Below, piece by piece: positions 1 through 12,141 of a stretch of DNA of 64,000 nt; the stretch's first letter is position 1; the number at the start of each line of letters is the position of its first letter. A model generated the notes under the pieces. The model ran no database searches. It worked only from the letters and a program-made list of their open reading frames with translations, and was not told the origin of the DNA. Origin of the DNA: Felis catus (taxonomy: Eukaryota); contig NC_058369.1 of NCBI RefSeq assembly GCF_018350175.1, positions 26,662,001-26,726,000 on the forward strand, read 5' to 3'. The position numbers and the translations under genes are program-made.

Positions 1-1201
1 TTTAAATAACAAGGAGAGTATTCTGCACTGGGTTGCAAGATGAATGATGAGACAGTGAGTCTATGGATGTGACGGTCTATGGCCATTTAACCATAATTAC
101 GGTCTTCCATTTCTTCGGTTCATGTCATTACCCTGGACCTCAGCCTACAATCCCCTCCCTTCCCCCTCGGACAGAAGAGAGGTGAATGTTATAAACTGGA
201 ATTAGTACTTCGACTTTTTAAAGGTGCTCATTACTCTAGAAGGAAAAGCTGAATCTTTTAATTAAAAGTTGAAACGGTAACATGTTAGAATGGTAAATAA
301 TTGCTTTGGTAATTACCTTCTTTACATTGGACCCTGGGCCAAAGGTAATCTGAGTTCATCATCAGGATGGATAACAGTGACTGGGGAGGCCTGGGTGACC
401 GAAGGAGTTCTTCATTCCGCTAGTTAAAAATGCTAAGAGTCTTCAGGGATCCATCACTTCAGGATTAATTTGGGGAGGTGAGGGGTAGAAGATGCAATCT
501 GTTGTTCTAGACTCTTATGGAAATGGGTTTCTTGAGTTTGCAATTTTGGAAAATACGACAATTACTAAAATGCTGATGAGTATTTCCCCAGCCCTCATGG
601 CTTAAGATTCTCTCATGGAGTACAAGTGAACTCAGGTTGAAATGCCAAGTCCCGTGGGCCCAAGAGAGATCTGGTCTGAGAGCAGGCAGACATTTCAACT
701 GAGAAACTGAAGAATGGGGTCGGCAGATGCCCAGGCAGGCAGGGCCAGAATGAGCAAGCAGAGCCAAGTGAAGAAAGAGAAGTATTGTTCAGGTGTGCAG
801 GGGTGCCAGCCAGTTAGGGCCTGGGACAGGGTGATGGGAGCAGGTGTGCAATCTGAGCTAACAGGCTCTGGTGGGATAATAATGGTCAAAGCCAGACTCA
901 AAGTGGGTTGGGCATGTGCCAAGGGAGGAGGAAGGAGAAGTGATGGGGCAGTGGACCACCAGCTGCCCAGCTCTGTTAGTGAACTGCTGGAACCCAATGG
1001 GAAGGGTGTCCCCGAAGTTGTGCCTAGGAGTGATGCTAGGGGCAGAGAGGTCAAAGGCGAGAAACAAGATGATTCTCAAGGGATTTGGCTTACTATCAGT
1101 GCCTTTAGCTGGACTGTTCTCCAGGGTAGGGCCACTCTGAGCTAGGCCTTTGCTGTAGACCAAGGAGGGCAGGGGCCCAGCTGGGTCTCTTTGTATCATG
1201 T

Positions 1202-1427
1202 GGTTTTTTTTTTTAAATTTTTATTTATTTTTGAGAGAGAGAGAGAGATTGAGAGACAGCAAGAGTAGAGGAGGGGCAGAGAGAGATGGAGACACAGAAT
1301 CTGAAGCAGACTCCAGGCTCTGAGCTGTCAGCACAGAGCCTGATGCGGGGCTTGAACTCACAAACCTGTGAGATCATGACCTGAGCCGAAGTCAGTTGCT
1401 CAACTGACTGAGCCACCCAAGCGCCCC
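1202..1427 (-). mobile_element. Can-SINE (felid SINEC type)
   Basis: Reverse complement of GGGGCGCTTGGGTGGCTCAGTC... with (CT)n and A-rich tail; target-site duplication (TSD) tgtatcatgt at 1192 and 1428. Confidence 0.95.
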
Positions 1428-1994
1428 TGTATCATGTTTTTAAAGTCTGTTGTAAAGCTTCAACCAGTGGTCTGAAAACCTCTTGGGGAGCTGGAAGGGC
1501 AGGAGTCCCTTGAATTTAAAGGGCACAAGCTCCATAAGCTCAAGTCCTCTCTCTGTTTCTCTATGTACCTTTTGCTTCTTTTCCACATACGTGTCTAGAT
1601 TCAGTTAGCCTGGTGAGGATTAGGCACATCTTCTGCAGCAGGGGCAACCCAAGCACATTTCTGGCAAGTGGCACCTGGCTCCACAAAATCTATATTTGTG
1701 TAGGCAAATACAGATGAGCAATTTCCAATAAGAACACAGAAAAAAACACAGGAGTTCAATTTCAGAAAACTGTCTCTGTTGAAAGGTTTAAAATGATACT
1801 TTATTGGAGACTTTAGATTATGGCTATCTTCTAAGGGCTCATCTAAAACAATTTCATGAGATTTCATTTGCTACATGTAGGAACAGGGCCAGGTCCCACT
1901 GGCCCTCAAGGGAGGAAAGTATGTAGGTGTTTCTTTCTGGGTTCCAGCTAGTAGTTCAATCCATGGTGAGGCAGCTGGTGTAGGGAGATGGGGA

Positions 1995-2132
1995 AATTCA
2001 TTCTTGTGAGATTCAATACATATTTCTTGAGCGTCTCCTCTGTGCTTGGCACTGTTTGACGAGCCAGGGATATAGTGAGCAGGAGAGATAAAGTCCCCAG
2101 ACCCAAGCAGTTTACATTCCAGTGTATTCTGG

Positions 2133-2179
<47 letters not shown>

Positions 2180-3090
2180 CAACAGGCAAACAAGCAAGAA
2201 GATACCAGGTGGTGAGGAGCACTGTGGTAAAAACAAAAACAAAAAAGATGATGTCATGAGGCTGACAGGACAGGGGCTATTTTAGGTTGGCTGCTAAGGA
2301 AGGACCTCTCTGAGGTGACGGCATTTAGATAGAGCCCTGAATGACAGAAGGAAGATGCTATCTAGGGTCTTTTCTAGCGTAAGGGAACTCCAAGCAGAGG
2401 GGCCATCTCATGCAAATCTCTTCAAGTGAAAGCAAGCCTGGAGTGTCCAGGAAAAAGGGACATGGCCATGGTGTTTGATACACAGTGAACATGGTTCACA
2501 GGGGTATGAGACATGGTCTGGGTGGTGGGCACTGAGGGTGGGGAGCACGATCTGATCCTAAGAGCAGTGGGCAACGTTTGGAAAGTTTTGCATGAGGCCA
2601 TGCTTGGCTCAAGTTTAGATGTGATGCCACTATTCTGGCTGCTGAGTGGGGACAGAGTGTAGGGGCTGAAGGAGCACAGAAAGCCAGGTGGGAAGCCATG
2701 GCATTTGTCCAGGTAAGGGGTGAGGGCAATGGGGGCTGGGATTGCAGCAGTGGAGAGAGCAGCTGGATCTGGTGTCGCTTCTGTGGAGGGATCACCAGGA
2801 AACCTGCTGGGGAAGGACATGGAGTGGGTCAGGGTGAGGAAGCAGGGAGCACTCTTGGCTTCTGCCTTGAGTAAAAGGGGGATGATGGTGCATTTTCTGA
2901 GATGGGGAAGGAAAAAAAAAAGATGTGTAGAGGGAGAGAAAACCAATGCTTGGATTCGAGGTATGTGCTAGAGATCCAAGAGGATATCTGTCAAGTTGGC
3001 AGCTTGGATAGATGAATCTGGAATACACGGGAGGGTCAGGGCTGGACATATAACTTTCAGAGTCATTAGAATATGGAAGGCATTGGAAGC
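1995..3090 (-). mobile_element. L2 (LINE2) 3' remnant
   Basis: Reverse of the L2 3' end (gtgccaagcacagaggagacgctcaagaaatatgtattgaat), followed by degenerate purine-rich L2-like body. Boundaries approximate. Confidence 0.65.
2135..2176. repeat. (GT)n microsatellite, about 21 units
   Basis: Read directly; source of the THTHTH ORFs. Confidence 0.97.
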
Positions 3091-6000
3091 TATTATTAAA
3101 TAGCTTGTATAAATAATACCTAGTATACCACATATTAAAGATTAGGGCCTTTCTAATGGTTATCAGTGTCTAGGGATCTCTGGTCAGCAGGGAGTGGAAC
3201 ACGCATGGAAATTAGATTTAAACTCTATCCAAACAAGAACCTCTCCTAAAAACACAGTGTTATCCTGCTTATGAATAAAGTAATACCACTGTCATCCTAT
3301 TTTCAGGAGAGGAAAGGGTAATTCTTGCCAAGATGTAGGGAAAAAATTTGACATTTAACTTGTTAACATTCAGGATGAAGATTTTCATTTCTCAGTGTTA
3401 TCTGGGCATACTTCTACTCTGCTTCCCTCAGCTCAAATCCTGATGGAGCTCCTACCCAAGCCAGTCCGGCTGAAGAGCACCAGGAGAGAGAACATGATGC
3501 CATCCTGCCCTCAGGGAATTTGGAGCTCCAACAGCAATGACGGTCAAGGAGCTTCAACCAGTCTGGGGGCTCTGAGGACCCAGAATCTTTGTCCTCAGAT
3601 GAGCGGGTGTGAATTTCTGGGGATGGGGGTATGAAATGAGAGTCGCTGATATGGACAGGTTTTCTGAAGCTAACAAGAGAAAGGATGCAACTAAAAACTG
3701 GTGCCTTTGGTTTTATCCATAGATCCTTAAGATGTAATGCAAAAATGCAGATAATCGAAAACAACGGTTAACACAACTAGTTTAGAGAAACTGCACAGCT
3801 AATCAGGAAATCCTTTGTTGTGCTTTGGTCTGAAGGAGAAACATTTGCTAAAAATCCGACTTACTTGTTTTAAAATGATTCAAACTTAATCATTTGAGGA
3901 GAAACATGGCATGCAAGTTCTGTATTTAATTTTATTTATTTATACATTTTCTCTCTTTTGTGTTGGTGGGGAAAAAAGGCTTAAGCAACAGAGTAGCATA
4001 TCAGACGTGAGTCCTGACAACTGGAGAGAAAAGAAAAATGAAGCCACTGCGATCGGTCCAGAGTAGTACTTGTAGGTTACGATGACAGGCCAGCTTGCCT
4101 CAGTCAGGCTGGCTGAGCCAGCGTGAACTGTGGTCAGTGGTTATTAATCATTTGTCAAAGTCCGCAGGGCTTTATCATCTAATTATAGTTATAAGTATGT
4201 TTATATTACACAAACATGTGGCAAAGCTGCAAAGGATTCAAGCCTTAACACAATCGGCAGTGACATTAAAAAAAAAAAAAAACTACAGATAGGTGATAAA
4301 TCATAAAGCAAACACTTCAGAAAACCATGCCATTCATTACTGTTTGGGCATTCAGGAATTATTTTCTAAACTGTTTATTTTTATAAACATTGAGAACCTT
4401 ACAGAGCCTTTGACTACCTTCCCTCCTCCCCCTAATTTTCCAATGAGTTGTAAACATACCAAGTATAATCATCATTTGAAATGAAAGACTGGTTATCGAC
4501 TCCATCCACATGAACAGACAACCAGAATATAATCACAGCTTATTTTATAAAACCCATTTCTGAACAAAAATATCTCAAACTGTTCTGAAGAATCTACATA
4601 AACACATAAATGGATGTGCCTAAGGGACAGCTGTAAACCCCACAAACCAATAGATGGCATTTTACAATAAATGACTTAAGGCTGCAAACAGCATTCGTTT
4701 GGTAGCAGGTAAGTTTACATGCTAGGAAACATTTCTCAACATGAATGAACTGTGAAATTGTTTCCTCCTACCCAACACGCCTCTAAACTGTATTGGATTA
4801 TGTTAGCTATGTCTGCACCTTGTCATAGAGGCTGTCACAGTCTCAAACGGCAGTGTGGGTGGACACTGGGGGCGAGGGCCCCAGAATCTGAGATGCTGCC
4901 TTTAGGAAAATCTAGACACAAGGGGATAGGATGAGGTGAACCATGTGTATTTCAATTCCCAGACTGTGAATTTCTCAGGAAATGATTACCATTGTATCCC
5001 ACTCCATCCAATGTCAAGCATTGCCCTGTGAGTGCAAGTAGATTCTTATACTCTGAGGAAAACAATCTATGAATATATGTAGTGTTTTAGCTATTGGCAT
5101 CCTAGAGTCAACTCTTCAAAACCCAAATTTGTCTGCTTTGTGGACTGCATGCTATCTTTAACCTTAATCAGAAGCACATAAAACTAAGAAGGTAGTTATG
5201 TTGCAGAGATAAGAATCTTCCCAGAGCAAAATGTAAATGAAAGACTTTGGAGATATTGATCGTTCTGTTACATTAATTAAGCTAATTGGAAACTGACTCT
5301 CTAAATATATGTATGTGCGCGGGTACGAGTATGGGTATGAGAATGAGTGTGGGTACAAATCTTAGGTTCTTAGGTCTCTGGAGTAGCTGCAGACAGGTCA
5401 CTGAAGCTGGTGTGGCCACTTCCCGTCCCACAGGGCACCCGCATGCTTTCTCGATGCACCTGCATCCATATATGTCCCCTTCCCCATCATGTTTGCATTA
5501 CTCTGACCACAACTGCACTTAATTCAGGAAATGAAGAGACTACTTGCCTCTTGTGTGTTGTTTAGAGCCTTTGCAGGCAGAACTTTCAATCTGGGATTCA
5601 GGTTAGATGCTTGTTTATCCAAGGGGCAGACTTGGAAACTTGTCTTTTCATTTCTTACATTTTTTTTCCATCTTCATTATCAGTATCATTTAAATTTAAA
5701 GTTTAATTTTAAAGTTTTGTGTTTAGGGTCCAGGTGTGAGATCTATTTGTAAGAAATGTAGCAAATACAAACCTTAAAAGAATCATAGTTTTCTATTTTA
5801 AGTTAAATTACATGCATTACAGGATTCAATTTATCCCATTTTTATATGATCATCTATGCTGACCTTATAATTTTATCATTGTCTTTATTTATGGTCCAAT
5901 AATGTCTTTCTGCCAATTCTTCCAAGCTGATGGATTTATGGAGCCAAGAGCCAAACCATGTAATCTGCAAGTTTTTTGAACAACTAAACAATAATTTTCT

Positions 6001-6959
6001 AGAAAACTGTTGGATAACCTGCTGGCAAATGGGGTTGGCAGCATTTTACTTTTTGCTTTGGATTTTGGCTTTTTATTTTATTATGTAAAAATGTAAATTA
6101 ATTTTTCCTAAATGAATGAACATTTAATTGGCTAAATAAAATATGATGTATGTTAGGTTGGTGAATTTTCCTATATTTATCTTTGGGAATCAAATATTAA
6201 AAGAGATGTTTAAGGTTATATATTACTACATCTAAACACTAATTAATCCAACATTATGAGATGTATTTTCTATATAGGGCAGTGTCCCTCTGATGGTAGA
6301 ACTGGGTTTCTTACATAAAGTCTATAATGAATCTCATCAAAGCCACAGAATCAGGAACCTGGAAGTGACCTAAGAGAGCATGTAACTCAAATCCTTTCTT
6401 TTAAATACGTGTTCATATTATTGGTGAGGTCTGAGCGGGTTGGGAGGCTTGTCTGAGATCATATGCTGGGTTAATAGCAGATTTAGGATGAGAGTTAGGT
6501 CCTCCTTCTCCTTTTATGGAAACAAAAGCCTCCACTTTCTAACACACCTTCGTCTCACTTTTCATTTGTTCAGATTTATAAATTCTGACTACTTATAATT
6601 TGGATTAACATTGGATTTCCAGTTACCTTAAAAGTTTACTCATACACAGATAAAATGTTTATGAGCTGAAGGATTGTAAGAGACATTTTACATGTCAAGA
6701 GCCAACTGATCTTCAGAATGTTAAAACATCTTTTTATATACACTGAAATTATGACCTCAATTTTGAATTCTGTATTATATCTACTTATGATAGTGGCAAT
6801 TCCCCCTACTAGATAACATGAGAGAATGACCAGATCATGTGTATAGACCAGCAACACTGAGAAGTGATTACTAATGAAGAACATTTACTCTGCCTATGTC
6901 ATAATATTCTGGGCCCCATTAAAAGTCCTATAAACCATGTAGGTGGTCTCCTGTCAGTT

Positions 6960-7395
6960 TTACATGGCTTGGTTGGCTGTTCATTGCTGATTGGACCAAC
7001 AGTGGATACTTGGCCCAAGCTAGGCCAATCACATTCTCTCTCCTGGAAAGTAGGAATTGTCAGGCTGGGCATGTACTTTGAACTGTACTTTGAACTGTAA
7101 TACATAAACTCAAGAGCTGTCAGACAGCCCTATGTGACTGGAAACAGAGAAAGCTGGTGCTTTGAGACCAGAATGGAACAGACAGGAAGAAGCAAGCAGA
7201 GATGGAGTGAGGAAATGCCTGGCTGCCTCTCAGTGTTCCAGCAACATACCCTTCCTGAGGCCTGGCTGCCCTTGGGTTCCAGGAGACAGCCCTGTAGTCT
7301 TACTTGAAAAATCCTCCCTTTCTGTCTTTGTCTCTCTTTTAATACTAGCTAAGTTGTTTTTGATATGTTCAACCAATGAGTCTTAATTCAGATAC
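6960..7395 (+). mobile_element. Ancient ERVL-type LTR remnant (LTR16-like)
   Basis: Motif tgattgg...cccaagctaggccaatca..attctctctcctggaa resembles LTR16-family sequence as I recall it. Confidence 0.5.
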
Positions 7396-7708
7396 TCTGA
7401 AATAAACTTTACACTTTAGAGCCAGAGCTACCGTACTATCACTGGTGTTTTGGTCCATTCCATGGCGATGGGACCTCTTACAGTATAGGTGAGAGGGCTT
7501 GATAATGAGATTCGTTATAATAACCAAGATCCTGTGGGTAGAGCTCAAGATAGACTGACTTTCAATAAATCCCTAATATTTAATAAATAGTGATAAAGTG
7601 ATAAGGATTTGTACTGATAAATTTTTAGTTTAGAAAATCACTTAATACTACATATATTTCAAAACACAAATTCAGATTTGCTTGCTTTAGTGAGCCTAAA
7701 ATAATAGG

Positions 7709-7918
7709 TTTTGAGAAAGAGAGAGAGAGATGTGCATGTGTGAGCATGAGCGGGGAAGAGGGGCAGAGAGAGAGAGAGGGAGACAGAGAGGATACTAAGT
7801 AGGCTCAACGATATCACCTCAGAATCTGCCGTGGGGCTTGACCCCACCAACCATGAGATCATGACATAAGCGGAGCTCAAGAATTGGACGTTCAACCAAC
7901 GGAGATACCAGATGCCCC
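7709..7918 (-). mobile_element. Can-SINE, older and diverged
   Basis: SINE body with (GA)n; imperfect TSD aataat(g)aggttt. Confidence 0.88.
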
Positions 7919-8482
7919 AATAATGAGGTTTTTCTATATTGACAAATGATGCATAATGTCAATGACATTTTTGAAATAATGAAATAGTTTTGAGATTATT
8001 AGCTTTTGAAATTTGAAAACAAGAGAATGGCCTTTGAACTGATATAAGCTATCTTGATAAATTTAAAGGGACGAGATAGTACAAAAAAATTCATGCGTAA
8101 AATGTACTAAACATTACATACCAATTAAAATCAAGTATCTATGCAAATAGAATAATATGAAATAAATTAACACTTAAAGAGAGTTCACTGTGTGCCGAAA
8201 ACTGTGCTATGAATTTTTCATGTATTCGTTCATATGATTATCCCAAGAGTATGGGGTAATTATTATGCCTGGGTGACCTTGAGTTAAATGGCTTGCTCAA
8301 AAATCTTACAGCTAGTAAAAGACAGAGGTGTCACTTAAACCCAGGTAGACTGTTAACCATCACACCACATTCTCAATAACAAAAAGTAGATTGAACTTAG
8401 ACTCCTAAGGAAAAGAAATTTGGAAGTTCTTTGGAAGTTTTGGAAAACAATTTTGGGAAAACAAGAAAAATGCACAATCTTT

Positions 8483-8511
8483 AAAAAACATTTTTTTAGT
8501 GTTTACTTATT

Positions 8512-8543
<32 letters not shown>

Positions 8544-8707
8544 CAAGCAGGGGAGGGGCAGAGAGAGAGGGAGACCCATAATTTGAAGCAGGCTCCAGGC
8601 TCTGACCTATCAGCACAGAGTCTGATGTGGGGGTGGAATCCATGAGCTGTAAGATCATGACCTGAGCTGAAGTCGGATGCCGAACCGACTGAGCCACACA
8701 GGCACCC
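8483..8707 (-). mobile_element. Can-SINE
   Basis: Full body; TSD tgcacaatcttt at 8471 and 8708; lies about 57 nt into the intron after exon H. Confidence 0.95.
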
Positions 8708-8764
8708 TGCACAATCTTTTAAATAATTTTTTTAAAGGACACTTAGCTTATTAATGATTCTTAC

Positions 8765-8826
8765 CGGGGATTAGAAGGAGAAGGTGGATTCATTTCTTGC
8801 TGATAATGATGACCCTGGTTGACGGG
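8765..8826 (-). CDS. CFAP20DC: CFAP20DC internal coding exon H (62 nt, phase 0 to 2)
   Basis: Strong acceptor tttttcttttacag|CCC, donor CG|gtaaga. Encodes [20 protein letters not shown](R). Too short for the ORF track. Confidence 0.92.
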
Positions 8827-11800
8827 CTGTAAAAGAAAAACATTTGTGAGGTGCTAATCAGTGTTGTGTTCTTTACATATACTTTCACATGCACTCTCAG
8901 TGCTGTCATTTTTTCCTGAGGGACGATCTGCAAGGAGGGTCTGTTTATTTTACAGAAGACTCAAAGGCTGTTTTGGGAGATCCAGCAAATAACACGGTGG
9001 TACACATGAGAAAAACACATGTTATTTTAATGGCCAGTCACTGCACTAGATCGCATCTATGGTGTAAAATTCACACATGGAATCTTCCTCCCTGTGGAAT
9101 TTTTACGCTGTTAACATTCATTGATATTTCCAGCTACAGTAAAATAGAAGATATTTCATGGAGCTAATGTTGCACAGCAAGTATCAGCAATAACTCAGAG
9201 ACCCAGAGATAGGGAATATATATTTATATCTCAATGTTAGCAAGTTTGCAAGGATAGCCTGAATGTTCACTAATGGAATTACACACGTAAATCTTAGGTC
9301 AAGGTGGTCATTTTCCCCAAGTGCATAATAAAACCTCAAGCACTAATCAGTAAAGTGGAAAAAAAAAACCCCAAAAAACAAAACAGTGCCAATACCTAAG
9401 AAAAATATGAAATCTCAACTTTTCCCTCCACAAGAAACATTTAAGTTACTATTTCAAAGCACCACTAAACTACCACATCCCCAAATAAGCCTTAAACTTT
9501 TGCCTCCAATGGAATTTGATGTTTTTCCTTGGTTCTATAAAGGGAGACAATTCCACTTTATCTCTTTTTGAACATCAGCTTGCAGTATTTTTCTCATGTG
9601 GTTAACAACCATGTAATTCTAATACAAAAAACATTTTTTAACATTCTCATTTTATTACAAGCTGGAATTTGGTATATATTTTTGAATTGCATTTAGAGGA
9701 TCTCCATTACTTCCTTACCCAACAGCGTTGGTGTTAAGCCTTTTTCACCCATAATGTGGCCCCACAGGGCTGACTCCAACTGAGGGAAACAGTATGACAA
9801 TGGTGCCTGTACATACAGAGCACATATTCCTTATTTTCCACATACTTCTTATTTTAACGGGTCCTAAAATATTAAAGATGTGGGTCATGGGAATTCTTTG
9901 GAGTAAACTGTCTCCCTCTATAAATAATCTCTTGGAAGTGTTCCTTTAATTTAAATCAAACACCCTGTCTGATAATCACAGTCACTTAGCCTGACTCTCT
10001 GTGATGCACCATGAATTTAAATGCACTCAGATACTTTGGTAATTGAACCGATATCAATGCATCACCATCTCAGTAATAAGAAACAACAGCTGGGAAAACA
10101 GTGGAAGGAAAAACATGTCATAAGACATATTTGATCTCACTGGAGAAATAAGACTTCCAGCAATTTGCAAGTGAAATTTAGTTTTATGATTTAGGCTTTA
10201 TTATTTCACAGCAGAGGAAGGAATTAGCAAGCAAAGGGCCTAACGGGTTCTCTAGAGCATCTCACATGGTTGCAGAAATACTCTTGATAATCTGTTCATT
10301 GGTATTCGTCCAGTATTTCAGCTGTACTCGGCCTCCAGTGAATGGGCCTCCCCTGATTCACTTCCAGAGGCCTTTCCATAACTCTCTAAGTACCACAGTG
10401 CTGATATTCAGCAAATTTCCAGCTTCTCAATTTTATACCATTAATTCTATTTACACCTGTCTCCAACCCCCTTATTCCAAATGACTTACTCCACCCTCTG
10501 GAGAATAGAAACGGCTACAGAATCCTATCTTGTTTGTGACTTAGCTCTCACTTAAGACTACACAGACTGACCCTTTCCACATCTGCTCCTGTCTATATAA
10601 AAAAACTGATCCAGTGATACAAGGAGTGAAAAAGAACACAGTCAACAAAAGATTCCCATGAATAGTGGTTTCTTAGTGTTAGAAAACAAACAAACAAAAT
10701 AACCAGTGGAAATGTTTTGAAGTAGTAAAGATTGCTGATGGGAATGGACAGAAAGGTAAAGGAAAAAAATTCAGTTAAAATAATTGTAGGGTGATGGAAC
10801 TCGGTCTGAATACCTGATTCCTTAATTTAACTTTTAGTATTGAAAGCGAATTACCAAGTTGTCACCCCTAGATATTTTATTCAATAACCAACTTCAATTT
10901 AGTGATGGCATATCATGGCAGAGCATTCTGACTTACACACATAACTGCTATAAACTGACTTCTACACCCCCAGCGCTAGTGACTCCGTCTGGGAAGGAAG
11001 CACGTTTTGTTTTGGGGTGGGTCCCAAAACCAGGTGGCCTCAATTTCCTTTCTCTGTACATGTCTCCCTATTGCATGATCAGACTCAGGGACTGGAAGGG
11101 ATCATGGCAATGATGCAGCTAAAAAGCCCCTCCAAGATATTTCAATTCCCGTAACTTCGCTTTGATGCTTTGAAAGGGCAGCGCTTTCACTAGCGTGAGG
11201 TCTTTTTGTTTTCCTAGATCCAAATCAGAATGAATGAGAATGTGCCTAATGGTTTCTAAAAGCTCTCTGAATGTGATGGGGTGGGGATGGGGGAAGTGTG
11301 ATGGGCTGTCTGAAGCCACATGTCTCCATCCACAAATGGAAATAGGTATGTTTCGATACATATGCAGCAGTAAACCTATTTGCACTATTTCTAGGTAGGT
11401 AATATTCTATGAAAGCACAGGTTAAAAAAATAAAATTGGTTTTTTGGCTTTGGAATTCAGCCATATTCAGGCTATTAACACCATAAGAAGCAGCAAAAGA
11501 ATAGCAACCAATACCTACCAATAACTATGACAATAAGAACAGCACTAGCTGATATTCACTGAGCACATACTCTGTTCCTTGCAGCAATTCTATGAAACAG
11601 ACAGGATTAATGACTATCCAAAAGAAGAGGAAATTCAGGCACTGGGTGTTCACCCAAGGTCATGCCAGCCAGGAAATAGTGGAGTGAGAATGTGAACCCA
11701 GTTTAGCACAGTTTACCCTTTTAACCATTAGGTTGTAGTGCTTACTCCAGCTCACAGGTTCACCTACAGTGGTGAATACCAAAGTTGTTGAAAACAAATA

Positions 11801-11949
11801 TGACAAACTCAGTTCACCTTACGGCAGGAAGAAAAAAAGTGGTCTGAGATAGTTATCTGACGTCTAAGACTACTTCCTCACCGTAAATAAAACTCATGTG
11901 ATTTCTTTCCTAATGAAATGTCACTTTATGTTTAAAATTAAAGAAAACA

Positions 11950-12141
11950 GGGATGCCTGGGTGGGTGGCTAAGCGTCTGACTTAGGTCATGAACTCATGG
12001 TTCATGGGTTCGAGCTCCGTGTCAGGCTCTGTGCTGATAGCTTGGAGCCTGGTGCGTGCTTCGGATTCTGTGTCTCCCTCTCTCTCTGCCCCTCCCCGCC
12101 CCCTCAAAAATAAAATAAGCATTAAAAAATAATAAAAAAAT
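11950..12141 (+). mobile_element. Can-SINE
   Basis: gggatgcctgggtgg... body with A-rich tail; aaaattaaaga on both flanks. Confidence 0.92.

Noticed and set aside
507..3133. Cluster of overlapping 80-174 aa ORFs
   Set aside because: No recognisable protein motifs; they overlap degenerate repeats and a (GT)n tract, and the higher GC content lowers stop frequency.
1..8764. Final CFAP20DC exons (DWLNMLSPP..., ...GKYYELV as recalled from human)
   Set aside because: No matching sequence seen by eye; presumably beyond the window's left edge.
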